Shown piece after piece: positions 17,884 to 28,600 of a DNA stretch of 64,000 bases. The translations under genes were made by a program, and so were the position numbers. Each line of letters opens with the position of its first letter. Position 1 is the stretch's first letter. The notes beneath the pieces are model-generated. The model did no database searches and had not been told where the DNA came from. It saw nothing but the letters and a program-made list of their open reading frames with translations. Where the stretch lies: the IMG/VR virus record IMGVR_UViG_3300012988_000016, positions 1 to 64,000 of that record. One strand, given 5' to 3'.

Positions 17884-18243
17884 GTGCAGTATCGTATCTT
17901 ACCAAGTATCCTTGAGCAAGAGGGGACTGGGTTCTACAAGGTTGACCATCGCTGGCAACCTAAGAGCCTTATCCCTGATCCGTATAGACGGAACTTGCTC
18001 AAAGATGCCTTGGGCCGACTCAATCGGTTGGAAGATGCATTGGAAGAACTCCAAAGCTTGGATCGTTACCCACTTTACATCAAACGCCTTGCTAGAATGC
18101 GAATCCAGATCAAAAAAGCTCAGTTTGCCTGGAGAACTGATGATCTGTCCTTCCTCACTTCAATCTCAGACTTTTTCGCAGATTACGGGGTTGTTCTCCA
18201 GAACCTCAAGATTGACCAAGCCCGAGGACGGTTCTCGGCATAA
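17884..18243 (+). CDS. Hypothetical protein
   Basis: GTG start; fits the intergenic gap; no motif recognised. Confidence 0.55.
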   Translation: MQYRILPSILEQEGTGFYKVDHRWQPKSLIPDPYRRNLLKDALGRLNRLEDALEELQSLDRYPLYIKRLARMRIQIKKAQFAWRTDDLSFLTSISDFFADYGVVLQNLKIDQARGRFSA

Positions 18244-18278
18244 CTGACTTGTTTCACGATCCATCATAGGAGCATACC

Positions 18279-19379
18279 ATGCGTATTGGCGTAATCAGAG
18301 GGGATCTTCCAGGTCCGATTCACTTGATGGATCTGGAGCCCGTTTCTCAATTCAATCCACCAGTCGAAGCTAAGGGCCAGGAGCGGAATATCGGCCGCCC
18401 CACAACGGCCAAGTTGGACGTTGTGTTGTCCGGTTCTACCGGAGCAGGGGCGATCATCCAGGGTAGCGATATCTCTGGTTCGTTCCCGTTGACCATCAAC
18501 GGCACCAACAACGTCCTGAAGGTACGTACCACGTCCTCGGCAGCGTACAGCACAGTGACGATTGCCAACGCGGCCTACGCCAACATCACCAACCTGATTG
18601 CCGCCATCAACGCGGCCCTGTTGGGCTCTGGCGTCTCAGCTTTCACAGGTGTCGGTTCTGGTCAACGTGTGTCGTTTGAAGGTCCCAAAGGTTCTTCTGC
18701 ATACGTCGAAACCGCCACTATCGCCAACTCTGCCTACACCGCTTTGGGCTTGACGGCCACCATCCGGACCACCCCTTCTTCGGCGACCTTCATCACTGCC
18801 TTGAACCCAATTAGCGGCACTCTCAATGTGTCGAATACTGCCATCAATGCGGTGGGCTCTGGCAATAACGCAAACGCCTTGTCGTTGGTTCCCGCAGCTC
18901 GCGGCACCCAGACGGCGATTGCTGATGCGATTGCTCCGAAGTTTGCTGAGACTCCGGTGGTGATTGACAGTTGGCTGGTTGGTATGATTGCTGAATACCG
19001 TTCAGCTAGCTACAATCCAGACTCTCGTCGAGGGCTTGTCAGTGGAGCCGCAATTGCGGTTGTGGCAGATGATGGTTCAACCACCTTCACCACCACATTG
19101 CCAGTCACCAGCTCAGCCACCAAAGACAGCCCCACCTCTGGCGCTCTGACGATCGCGGGAACCGGTTTGGGTGTCTACGATCGCAAAGAGACGACCGTTC
19201 AGCTGACCGGTAAGATCAACAAGACCTTGCATCAAGTGGTGATTGAGAAGGCCGGCGGTTCCGTGACCGCTACTTCGATCGTCATCCCTGCTTCATTGCT
19301 GGCTGGTCTGACGACCGTCACCACCTTCGTTCAGGTGAAGGTTCGTCAACGTGTCTCTACCAAGCGTGCAGTAGCCTGA
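18279..19379 (+). CDS. Putative structural protein (sheath-insert-like domain plus IPT/TIG-like domain)
   Basis: Thr/Ala/Gly-rich; strong TAGGAG RBS; domain similarity to sheath repeats and to 17267..17869. Confidence 0.7.
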   Translation: MRIGVIRGDLPGPIHLMDLEPVSQFNPPVEAKGQERNIGRPTTAKLDVVLSGSTGAGAIIQGSDISGSFPLTINGTNNVLKVRTTSSAAYSTVTIANAAYANITNLIAAINAALLGSGVSAFTGVGSGQRVSFEGPKGSSAYVETATIANSAYTALGLTATIRTTPSSATFITALNPISGTLNVSNTAINAVGSGNNANALSLVPAARGTQTAIADAIAPKFAETPVVIDSWLVGMIAEYRSASYNPDSRRGLVSGAAIAVVADDGSTTFTTTLPVTSSATKDSPTSGALTIAGTGLGVYDRKETTVQLTGKINKTLHQVVIEKAGGSVTATSIVIPASLLAGLTTVTTFVQVKVRQRVSTKRAVA

Positions 19380-19390
19380 TAGCTACATGA

Positions 19391-19413
19391 GGGCCCCCTC
19401 CATGAGGGGGCTC
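19391..19413 (+). terminator. GC-rich hairpin after a structural gene (no U-tract)
   Basis: GGGCCCCCTC-CAT-GAGGGGGCTC, 10-bp stem. Confidence 0.5.
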
Positions 19414-19482
19414 AGATATAGACCCAAATCCTAGATCCAGATGACCTAACGATCCCTAGAAGGGTCGAGATTGGAATCCAAA

Positions 19483-19734
19483 ATGAAATCATCTACTCCT
19501 GATAACGAGTTCCGTACGTCCGACCTCTATTTCGCAGCCTATTTGCAGGTTGCTGGGGTCACGATGACTCGCCACGATCGGAACGGCACTGGCAAGGTTA
19601 GCTTCATATTCGACACCTCGATATCGAATATGGACGAACTAAAGAACGCCTGGTTCAGTCAAACTGGCAAGGTGGCAGCACTGCCGTACGCAAACGCCGT
19701 GAAAACTCTCAAGAGCATCTGCCACATGCCCTGA
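19483..19734 (+). CDS. DUF5659-like small protein (probable winged-helix)
   Basis: FRTSDLYFAAYL...VSFIF...KTLKS pattern recalled for this family. Confidence 0.65.
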   Translation: MKSSTPDNEFRTSDLYFAAYLQVAGVTMTRHDRNGTGKVSFIFDTSISNMDELKNAWFSQTGKVAALPYANAVKTLKSICHMP

Positions 19735-19755
19735 CATTTACCTACATTACCAGAC

Positions 19756-20439
19756 ATGAAAAAATGTAGTAAGTGTGGGGAAGCGAAAGAGCTGGACGAC
19801 TTCCAGAAGGACAAGAGTAAGAAGGACGGTCGATATCCAGTCTGCAAGCTCTGTCGTAGCCCTCTGACGAAGACTTCCTACGCCAAGAATCGTGAATCGG
19901 TTCGTAAGAAGGCCAAAGCCAAGTACGACGCTGATCCGGTTACCCACAGAGCCATTTCCAAGAAGTTCCGCGAAGAACATCAAGAGTACTACAAAACCTA
20001 TCTGGCCAACTACTACCAGCAGAACAAGGAACAGTGGGTTGGTTATGCGGCCAACCAAGACAAGGAAAAGGTCCGCAAGCGTCGAGCTGTCTATGTGGCG
20101 GCCAATCGTGAGAAACTGCGAGCTGGCGTTCGAGATTGGTTTCGACGGAACCGTCATGCAGCCCGTCTACAAGGGGCCAAGTACAGGATGCGTCGTTCAA
20201 AGGCTGAAAACACGCTGACTGCGATTGAGGTTGACCAAATACTAGAGGTCTTTGACCATCGTTGCGGGTATTGCCTGGTAGACCTCAGGACACTGGCTAT
20301 CGAGAAACGTACATTGGATCACTTGCAGCCCCTTATTCATGGGGGATCCAACACGGCAGACAATGTGGTTCCCTGCTGCAAGCCTTGTAACTCTCGAAAA
20401 GGGTCCCGACATATAGCTTTGATGGCACGGTACCTCTGA
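19756..20439 (+). CDS. HNH endonuclease with an N-terminal zinc finger
   Basis: CSKC...CKLC; CGYC...LDHLQP..HGGSNTADNVVPCCKPCNSRKG. Confidence 0.92.
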   Translation: MKKCSKCGEAKELDDFQKDKSKKDGRYPVCKLCRSPLTKTSYAKNRESVRKKAKAKYDADPVTHRAISKKFREEHQEYYKTYLANYYQQNKEQWVGYAANQDKEKVRKRRAVYVAANREKLRAGVRDWFRRNRHAARLQGAKYRMRRSKAENTLTAIEVDQILEVFDHRCGYCLVDLRTLAIEKRTLDHLQPLIHGGSNTADNVVPCCKPCNSRKGSRHIALMARYL

Positions 20440-20819
20440 TGAACAAGAGTGATTACCTAGCAAACCAGATACTCAACGGATGGTTGAGAGGAATCACGCC
20501 TACCCTCCCAAGTGCCCTGTATGTGGCGCTCTACACGGTAGAGCCTACGAGTGCTGGAGGTGGGGTCGAGGTGGTGGGTGGGGCGTATCAGCGTCAGACG
20601 GTTGTGTTTGGAGCACCTTCAGGGAAGATGGTGGCCAACACAGGGGCGATCAATTTCCCAACACCTACTTCTGCGTGGGGTTCGGTGGTGGCGGTAGGCA
20701 TTTTTGACGCTTTGACGGCAGGCAACATGCTGTATTTCAAGGCAGTGCAGACAACCAAGAACGTTGACACCAAACCAGTCTATTTCCCAGTCGGTTACCT
20801 GACCGTTCAAGAGCTGTGA
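20439..20819 (+). CDS. Phage tail-fibre/collar-type structural protein
   Basis: YLANQILN...LYVALYT..PT.AGGG.EV.GG.YQRQ.V.F...N..AINFP...WG.V..VGIFDA..AGNMLY is a common fibre-associated domain. Confidence 0.75.
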   Translation: MNKSDYLANQILNGWLRGITPTLPSALYVALYTVEPTSAGGGVEVVGGAYQRQTVVFGAPSGKMVANTGAINFPTPTSAWGSVVAVGIFDALTAGNMLYFKAVQTTKNVDTKPVYFPVGYLTVQEL

Positions 20820-20841
20820 TTTCCTTTTACGAAATGGTTAG

Positions 20842-21231
20842 ATGATGGCCGCTACCTTTCGTAATCGACAAGTGCAGGTGAACCGGATCACGTTCGATCA
20901 GGTCAACATCTTTCAGTCGGACCAATACAACCCCGTAACGGGTTTGATTCCGTCCAATGTCGGGCTAATCCTCACGCTCAACAATCAGACCGTATCTTGG
21001 CCGTTGGTGGATGGTACGACCGTCCAAGACAGCCAGGTGGTTTCGGGAAGCATCTATTGGAATCAGTTGACTGGTGGAGCTTACGGGATACGCTTCTATG
21101 CTAACCAGTTGGGTCATTGGAACCTGACTTTCAGCTACGCTCCTATCCCACAGCTGATTGTGATTGACTACGATGTCGTCAACCAACCGGCCGCAAGCCA
21201 AGCCTCTTTCATCAAGACTGGCTCCTGTTGA
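20842..21231 (+). CDS. Small beta-sandwich structural protein
   Basis: Beta-rich; GAYGIRF...GHWNLTFSY resembles Ig-like adaptor domains. Confidence 0.55.
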   Translation: MMAATFRNRQVQVNRITFDQVNIFQSDQYNPVTGLIPSNVGLILTLNNQTVSWPLVDGTTVQDSQVVSGSIYWNQLTGGAYGIRFYANQLGHWNLTFSYAPIPQLIVIDYDVVNQPAASQASFIKTGSC

Positions 21232-21240
21232 GAGAATCAG

Positions 21241-21852
21241 ATGACTCAGATTGATGAGGTTTTGGCTGACACTCTATCGATCTCGGCAGATGCTATCGCA
21301 CTGGCGATGGCGTATCAATTTGCCCTAGCCGATTCGGTGGGATATTCGGATCAGGTCAATGTCGAGTCCAACTTGAGTGCTGGTGCGATTGATGCAGTTT
21401 CGACCCAGGACAGTGCCCTGACTAGCAACGGTTATGAACGCAAGCCGTTCGATGGTTCCAACCTTACGGATCAAGTCTTGGTGGCGATGTTCTACGGGGT
21501 GGCTCCTTCGGATTTGATGTCCGTTGTGGATGCTATCCAATCAGGTAGAGTACAAGATGCGTTCGGTACCGATCTACTGACCCTGACTGAGACGACAGGG
21601 TTGGAATTCCAGTACAATCGTGTATCTTTGGATGGTCTGGAGACCACCGATGAGGTATACCCATGGATTGATGGTGTGCTACAAATCGCTTTTCAAGGGG
21701 ATGGTTTGCTGAGCGCTATACCAACATTCCAAGAGCCCCTACCATCCCTACAGCCCGCCATACCCCCAAAGACCAAGCAGCTTCCCAAGCTTCCCCCAGA
21801 AGAGATTCGTAGTTACATCATAGACCCACACCCTATTCGCAAACGTGAGTAG
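21241..21852 (+). CDS. Short Asp/Ser/Thr repeat structural protein
   Basis: ADTLSISAD, ADSVGYSDQ and DAVSTQDS repeats, like those of 25655..29791. Confidence 0.65.
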   Translation: MTQIDEVLADTLSISADAIALAMAYQFALADSVGYSDQVNVESNLSAGAIDAVSTQDSALTSNGYERKPFDGSNLTDQVLVAMFYGVAPSDLMSVVDAIQSGRVQDAFGTDLLTLTETTGLEFQYNRVSLDGLETTDEVYPWIDGVLQIAFQGDGLLSAIPTFQEPLPSLQPAIPPKTKQLPKLPPEEIRSYIIDPHPIRKRE

Positions 21853-21870
21853 TAGAGGACCCCAGATAAG

Positions 21871-23742
21871 ATGCAAAATGAAGATCTACACAACCTGACC
21901 GAAAAACCTCCCACTGGCCCTAGGAAGCCAGATATGATGCTCCAAGCCTCCGCTGCGGATATGGCTGAATCGAGAGCAGCTGAGAGGGCGGCCCGATCTG
22001 CCAATAGCCCTGACCTTTGGAATCGCCTGTGGGCAGAGAAGGGGGAGGAAGAGTGGCGGGTCAATGCTTTGCGGCAAGTGTACACTCGTGTCGAAAGAAT
22101 TTTGCCTGAGGGGGCTAATGTGGTAGACCTGGGCGGCGGTGTAGGTGCATTGGGACGACGCCTCCGCGATACGAAAAAAGCCAACGTCCTGGTGGTGGAT
22201 CACAGTGAAGAAGCTCTCAAGAAAGCGGCTGAAGAAGGCCTGGAAACAGCTATTGCTGACCTGGAGAACGAAGCCGATCTTCAGCGAGTCGTTACTGGCC
22301 GCGATGTAGTGGTGGCGACTGAGGTGGTGGAGCACCTGAGCGCCGCCACTCGACATCTACTGTTCAGCACAGCGGCCAAAATAGGTAAAGCGCTGCTCTC
22401 TGTTCCCAACGATCGTTTGGGACCGGACGAAGAACCGCAACACACCATCAAATACACGGCCATGTCCTTCAAACGGGACTTGCAGCAGCACTTCAACGAC
22501 GTGCGGATTGAGGTGCTGGGGCCCTATCTGTTGGGCGTATGTGGGTATCCCAAAGGTTTCACCTTGTCGGTGACGATGCCCTGCCGTGATGAGGGTGCCG
22601 ACCTGGAGGCCACTCTGGCCAGCTTCCGTGGAGTGGCGGACGAAATAGTGATTGGTATCGACCCTAGGACGGTCGACAACACCAGGGAAGTGGCTGAGAA
22701 GTACGCCGATGTGATCTTTGATCTCAAAGATCCTGAGGGACCAAAGGATGATGAGACTCCAGATGGTGGAGTCCACTTTGGTTGGATTCGCAACCAATGC
22801 ATGGACCGTTGCACTGGCCAATGGATCTTCATGACCGAGGGGCATGAGCGTCTGATCAGTGGTTGGGAAACCCTCCTCTCTCTCAATAACCTGAATCAAG
22901 CTATCAAGGTCGGATTCGTCCTCCGGACGGGTCATGATCAGCAATGGGCGTTCCCCTGGTTGTGCAAAAACCAGAAGGATATCCGATACAAGCGTAAGAC
23001 CCACAATGTTCTGGACTACCCAGATGGGTCTTATGTGGTCCAACTACCGACCATCCGAACCCTACATGATAGGGTGCATGACCGTGAGCTCTCAAGAGCC
23101 GAGCAACGAAAGACCCAGAACCGTCTGACTCTCTTGGAAGATTGGAGAGCCAACCGCAACGAGAATTCGCTGCACTACTTGGGTACTGAATGGCGGGAAT
23201 ACGACCCTGTAAGGGCCAGATCCTACATGGAGGAATACATCCGTTTGCCCAGAAAGAATGGGGCAATGCGGTATCATACTCGCCTCCAACTGGCCAAACT
23301 GTACGCCCAAGAGGCAGAAGAGGCCGCCAAGAAGGGTGAGCAGGCCAAGGTCAAGGAAATACTAGCCCAGGCTAGGGAAACCTTGATGGGTTGTTCGGGC
23401 GATGACTGGAGTCGCACTGAGCATTGGGTTTGGTTGGGGGATCTGGCCTTCAATGAAGAGAAATACGAGGAAGCCCTTCAATTCTACTTGTATGCGGGAA
23501 CTAAAGTAGGAGAGCCCCCCTTCACCCTTTGGTGGGTAGATCTGTCCTGCTACTCTTGGATGCCTTGCCAACGACTGGCGATGTGTTTTGGAGAGCTAGG
23601 GAGGCTTAAAGATTCTCTTTATTGGGCACGTAAAGTACTAGAACTGCTTCCGGATAATGCTGCTGCTTGGGCATTCGAAGAGGCGCAAGCCAACATCAAT
23701 CTGTTGGAGGAGACTATCGAGAATGTCAGACAATCTGAATGA
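21871..23742 (+). CDS. Class I SAM methyltransferase - GT2 glycosyltransferase - TPR fusion
   Basis: VVDLGGGVG, VVDHS and ATEVVEHL (methyltransferase); LSVTMPCRDE...ADEIVIGIDPRTVDNTREVA and HFGWIRN...TGQWIF (GT2); helical TPR-like C-terminus. Confidence 0.85.
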   Translation: MQNEDLHNLTEKPPTGPRKPDMMLQASAADMAESRAAERAARSANSPDLWNRLWAEKGEEEWRVNALRQVYTRVERILPEGANVVDLGGGVGALGRRLRDTKKANVLVVDHSEEALKKAAEEGLETAIADLENEADLQRVVTGRDVVVATEVVEHLSAATRHLLFSTAAKIGKALLSVPNDRLGPDEEPQHTIKYTAMSFKRDLQQHFNDVRIEVLGPYLLGVCGYPKGFTLSVTMPCRDEGADLEATLASFRGVADEIVIGIDPRTVDNTREVAEKYADVIFDLKDPEGPKDDETPDGGVHFGWIRNQCMDRCTGQWIFMTEGHERLISGWETLLSLNNLNQAIKVGFVLRTGHDQQWAFPWLCKNQKDIRYKRKTHNVLDYPDGSYVVQLPTIRTLHDRVHDRELSRAEQRKTQNRLTLLEDWRANRNENSLHYLGTEWREYDPVRARSYMEEYIRLPRKNGAMRYHTRLQLAKLYAQEAEEAAKKGEQAKVKEILAQARETLMGCSGDDWSRTEHWVWLGDLAFNEEKYEEALQFYLYAGTKVGEPPFTLWWVDLSCYSWMPCQRLAMCFGELGRLKDSLYWARKVLELLPDNAAAWAFEEAQANINLLEETIENVRQSE

Positions 23743-24205
23743 CGAACTGAACGCCTCGGGCGTATACATCATCGAAGTGATTCGTGACGGTAAGACTGGC
23801 CCTGAGGTGTTGGAACGGCGCGTTGTTCCGAATCTCGTGGTCAACACCGGCAAGCGCCAGATTTGGCGTATGAGCACGGGTCTCAACACGCACTCATTCA
23901 CCAGGATGCGTATCGGCACCTCTGGTGTGGCTGCCTCTTCCGCTCAAACCAATCTCATCACCCCTGTGACCGGCACTTTGGCGGCCGCTGCCGTCACTCT
24001 GTTGAGCGGCACCCGCACCATGCAGTGGATCGTCTCGTACGCTTCTGGTGCTGGTACCAAGTCGGCCACCAACATCCGTGAAGTAGTTGTGATGAACTCG
24101 CCCACCAGCCCTGGTGGTTCGGCCTTGTCTCGTTCGACGTTCACAGCCGTCAACAAGACCACGGCGGATAAACTACGTATCACCTACCGCGCCCGTGTGA
24201 CCTGA
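23723..24205 (+). CDS. Phage fibre/collar-type structural protein
   Basis: NLVVNTG...MRIGTSG.AASSAQTNL pattern; true start probably ATG 23723, overlapping the glycosyltransferase stop. Confidence 0.7.
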   Translation: MSDNLNDELNASGVYIIEVIRDGKTGPEVLERRVVPNLVVNTGKRQIWRMSTGLNTHSFTRMRIGTSGVAASSAQTNLITPVTGTLAAAAVTLLSGTRTMQWIVSYASGAGTKSATNIREVVVMNSPTSPGGSALSRSTFTAVNKTTADKLRITYRARVT

Positions 24206-24245
24206 TTCTTCTACGACTTGACAACATATCGGAAGTTGTCAAAAA

Positions 24246-24291
24246 GAAATGCCGTACTCGATGCTTTTGCTTCGGTACGGCATTTCTGTTT
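24246..24291. terminator. Probable bidirectional terminator
   Basis: GAAATGCCGTAC (24246-24257) / GTACGGCATTTC (24275-24286), a perfect 12-bp stem flanked by A and T tracts. Confidence 0.75.
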
Positions 24292-24437
24292 AAAGGGGTA
24301 TTGTCTGTTCCAATGAGATGACTAACTACTTAGCCTTCTTATTAGCGCACCTTTGTGAGGCGATCTAATCAGACAGTCTCCAACCCATAAGAACCCTTAT
24401 TGGGCGTTCTAGGTTGCCCCCTACAAGGAGTTTTGAG

Positions 24438-25298
24438 ATGCTCTGGACGCCCAAAGGATTGACTGGATACGGTTGGAGTTTCTCTTCTACGGGTAGTACT
24501 CGTATTGCCGCCTCCTGGGGCACTTCTGTGACTCCTGGCAATAATACGATGGGGTCGTATGCCCAGGTTTTGACTTCCGGCAACGTATCGAAGGATGTTT
24601 TCGGACTTCAGATCCAATTTAGCTCAAATGCTGTTTCTACAGCCGCTAGGGATACGATTTGTGACATAGGTATTGATGCCGCTGGCGGTACCTCGTACAC
24701 GGTTCTCATTCCGTCCTTGTTAGCTTCCAGTGCAGCTCCTTCATTGGGAGCAACTGGTTCTGGCCTGAACTACTTCTTCCCACTTTACATCAAAGCTGGG
24801 TCTACGGTCGCTGTCCGAGCGTCGGTCAACAATGCAACAGTCGGAACCCTTCGATGCGGTATTCGGGTATACGGGGCTCCTAGAGACCGTAGAAACGTCT
24901 TGGTAGGTTCCAAAGTTATTGCCTACGGGATCAGTACCGGTAGCTCGACAGGTACCGCAGTGACTCCAGGAACAACCTCCGAGGGCACTTGGACTTCGTT
25001 GGGGACCATTGCTTCTGGAGACAATCCGTGGTTTTGGCAATATGGTGTAGGTATAAATCAAGGCACCATTACAGCTGTGGCCTATACGGGGGATCTGGGA
25101 ATCGGGGACGCTTCGAATAAGGTCATAGTCGGAGAAGATAGGGTCTGGCAAGGCACTACAACCGAACAGTGGTACGACAACGGTATCGCTGTGGGAAGCC
25201 TCTACCAAGCCAAAGCAGGGGATATTGTGTACGGGCGCCTCCAATGTAGTGGTACCGCAGTGTCTGGTATCTCAATGGGCGCCTATGGAGTGAAATGA
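24438..25298 (+). CDS. Putative fibre/receptor-binding-associated structural protein
   Basis: Gly/Ser/Thr beta-rich with two internally similar halves; AAGGAG RBS places the start at ATG 24438. Confidence 0.65.
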   Translation: MLWTPKGLTGYGWSFSSTGSTRIAASWGTSVTPGNNTMGSYAQVLTSGNVSKDVFGLQIQFSSNAVSTAARDTICDIGIDAAGGTSYTVLIPSLLASSAAPSLGATGSGLNYFFPLYIKAGSTVAVRASVNNATVGTLRCGIRVYGAPRDRRNVLVGSKVIAYGISTGSSTGTAVTPGTTSEGTWTSLGTIASGDNPWFWQYGVGINQGTITAVAYTGDLGIGDASNKVIVGEDRVWQGTTTEQWYDNGIAVGSLYQAKAGDIVYGRLQCSGTAVSGISMGAYGVK

Positions 25299-25301
25299 AC
25301 A

Positions 25302-25655
25302 ATGGCCTTAAATAATGCTCTTTACTCTCAATCTGCTCAGACGATCTCTTCTACTGAGTACAGCCTAACCGCCAACTCTACCTCTTTAGCTACGGTCACA
25401 ACTGTAGCAGTGATATCTGTGTGGATCGATGTCAATGCTTTAGCAGCTGGTGATGAATTTGAACTAGCTATACTTGAAAAGGCTGTAAGCGGCGGCACCC
25501 AGAGAAGAATGGTCATTGCCACTTTGGTGGGGGCTCAAGCTGACCCCCTGTTCGTCACAGCAGGGTGGCAGGTGGGAGTAGGTTGGGACGTCACTCTGAA
25601 GAAGATTGCTGGAACTGACCGCGCCTTTTCTTGGACAATACGATCGATTAGCTAA
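25302..25655 (+). CDS. Small beta-rich structural protein
   Basis: Coupled to both neighbours. Confidence 0.65.
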   Translation: MALNNALYSQSAQTISSTEYSLTANSTSLATVTTVAVISVWIDVNALAAGDEFELAILEKAVSGGTQRRMVIATLVGAQADPLFVTAGWQVGVGWDVTLKKIAGTDRAFSWTIRSIS

Positions 25656-28600
25656 TGTCTTGGAGTTTTGGTTTCGTACTATTCGGCGAGGGTGTTTTAC
25701 CTAGCACCATCGATGTAGTTACGTCTACTGATTCCATAGCTGTCACCGATATTGGGTTCAACCCATATCTCCAACTCAGCGACACAGTAGCGGTCACCAG
25801 CTCAGCCGTCATCGAATTCTTCGACGGCAACGTGATCGCGATCACTGATTCGAGCGTCGCTGATTTTCCAACCACCTCAGCGATAGATCGATCCGCCAGC
25901 GACACCGTTGCAGTAACCGATTCCGCTACTCTTCAAAACGTATTCGATCGTTCTTCGAGCGATACGTTGGTAGTCACTGAAGACGTGGTCTGGGACCTGT
26001 ACTTCAATGTTGACAGTATTTCAACCTCTGATTCTACTCTAAGAAGCCTTGAGTACAACAGGAGTGTTTCGGATACCGTCTCAGTCACAGATTCTGAGAG
26101 CAATCAGGTCGACAAGACCCTTTCGGATTCGGTCACACTCACCGATTCCACTGTAGCTTCTCGTGAGTATTCGATCCTCTTAGGAGATACCGTCTCGGTC
26201 ACAGATGCTGAGAGTAATCTGGTCGACAAGGGGGTGTCAGATTCGATCGCTCTGACGGATTCGATCACGGTCACTCTAGGTACCCTCATCGACATTTCGT
26301 TGTCGACCGACACGATTGCCACTACTGATGCGGCCAACACCTCCATGGTGTTCAATGTGTCGGCGAACGACACTGTGAGTACGACGGACTCAACTGTCGT
26401 CGAGTTCATCATTAGTGTGATTGATCGATCGGGCAACGATTCGATCGCTGTCACTGACAGCATCTTTGAAGAGCGCTTCCTAGAGGTAGCTGCTTCAGAC
26501 ACCGCATCGATCACCGACTCTATTGTTGTCTCGGCTACGTACGAACGAGCGTCTAACGATACGGTCGCCACCACCAGCTCAGCTGTTCTTGAGTTCTATG
26601 ACGGCAACCAGGTCACAATCACTGATTCCAGTGTTGCTGATTTCCCCGTTACTGGTGTGATTGATCGATCGGCCAGCGATTCGATCTCTATTACCGACTC
26701 GGCGACTCTGCAGAACGTGTTCGAACGTCTGCCGAGTGACACGATTGTGGTCGCTGAAGACCTCGTTTGGGACCTGTATAGGCCTGCAGACACCATCACG
26801 TTGACTGATGCGAATACTCTAAGTGTAGAATACGGCAGAAGTGTTTCGGATACTGTCTCGGTCACAGACGCTGAGAGTAATCAGGTAGATAAGGGAGTAT
26901 CGGATTCGATCGCTCTCACCGATTCTGCTGCCCTGTCAATCGAATACGGTCGAACCGGATCGGATTCTATTGCTGTCAGCGATCAAATCCAAAGAGAGAC
27001 ATCGTTCCCTCAGGACAGCGTATCAGTATCGGATACTGCCGTCATCAGTTTGGAGTACTCTCGTTCTGCCAACGATACTCTAACGGTCACAGACAATGTG
27101 TCGATCGGCCAGACGATCGACACCGCACTATCTACCGATAGTGCGGCCCTGACTGACTCGACCTTGCTGTCTATCGAATACGGCAGACTGGTCTCCGACA
27201 CAATCAGCACTTCTGATTCGATCTTGGTATCGGCAGAATTCGGCCGTCTGCTGTCCGACACTTGCTCGATTGCAGAACAGACTTTCATAGAGAAGACGTT
27301 CCCACAGGACAGCGTTACTGTCACCGATTCGACGATTGTTGGCTCAGAGTATAGTGTCATAGGATCGGATGCCATTGTCCTGTCGGATTCGATTCAGACT
27401 AGTTCTCAGTTTGATAGGACAATCCAAGATTCAATCGTCACGTCTGACTTCGCATTCCCTGAAATTGAGTCCGCTCTAACGGATGTCATCTCGATCCTGG
27501 ACACTTCTGCTACCAGCATCGAGTACGGGGTCAGCACGTCTGATTCGATCCTTATTACAGATCAGACTCTTAGAGAGAAAACGTTCCCTCAAGACACAGT
27601 TTCAGTCACAGATCAGACCACCCTGTCTTCCGTCTACAGCCTGACGGCTTCTGACGCATTGTCGATTATCGATGATGTCTCGGCTACTACCAGCCAATCG
27701 ATAGACCTGTTCCTAAATGACAGTATTACGGTCACTGATCTGACCAGCACCTCATCCGAATACGCCAAGAGTTTGTCGGATACGTTGGCGGCTACGGACC
27801 AAGGCAGCACAGAGGTTACGTTCAACCGCACCCTCACAGATTCAATCCTAACTTCAGAGCAACTGCTCGTAGAAAAGACGTTCATTTCGGACGTGGTGAC
27901 GCTCGTCGACAGTCAGAGCACGAGCCTTGAGATTGGGGTGCTGGCTAGCGACACGATCCAAGTATCGGATCAGACCCTTAGGGAGAAAACCTTCCCCCAA
28001 GATGCGATTCTCGTCTCTGATTCGTTGGTCCTGTCTTCTCAATACCAGAGGTATTTGGCCGATACTCTCCAGATCCTGGATGACGTCTCAGCCACAGCTA
28101 GCCAGGCGACGGACCTATTCTTTAACGACTCGATCGTTGTCACAGATCAGACGCTCCTTTCGTCCGTCTACTCTCTGACAATATCTGATTCGCTGGCCAT
28201 TTTGGACTCGACTGTTGTTGATGTTCAATCTACCAGCTCAGACACGATCAGTGTCTCAGATGCTGTAACGGCCGGTCTAGAGAAGGCCCTGGCTCTTTCA
28301 GATTCTGTGACGACCGCTGACAGTTTCCTGTTGGGGTTTGAGTACGGTAGAAATCCGATCGATTCGATAGTTTTGGCGGATCAGACGATCCCAAGCATTG
28401 ATAAAGATCGTTCGGCTTCCGACACAATCAGCACCTCTGACTCCTTCTTGCGTAGTTTGGAGTACGGCCGCCTACTGTCGGATTCGATTTCCCTCACCGA
28501 CTCCTCCATTGTTGATCTGTTCCAAGGCTTGTCGGTATTCGTTGCCGATTCCGCAGTCATCACGGATCAACTGATCCCGTCTACTGACTACATCCGCTTG

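Noticed and set aside
24218-24242. Sigma-70 promoter (TTGACA on both strands)
   Set aside because: No -10-like hexamer at about 17 nt spacing in either direction.
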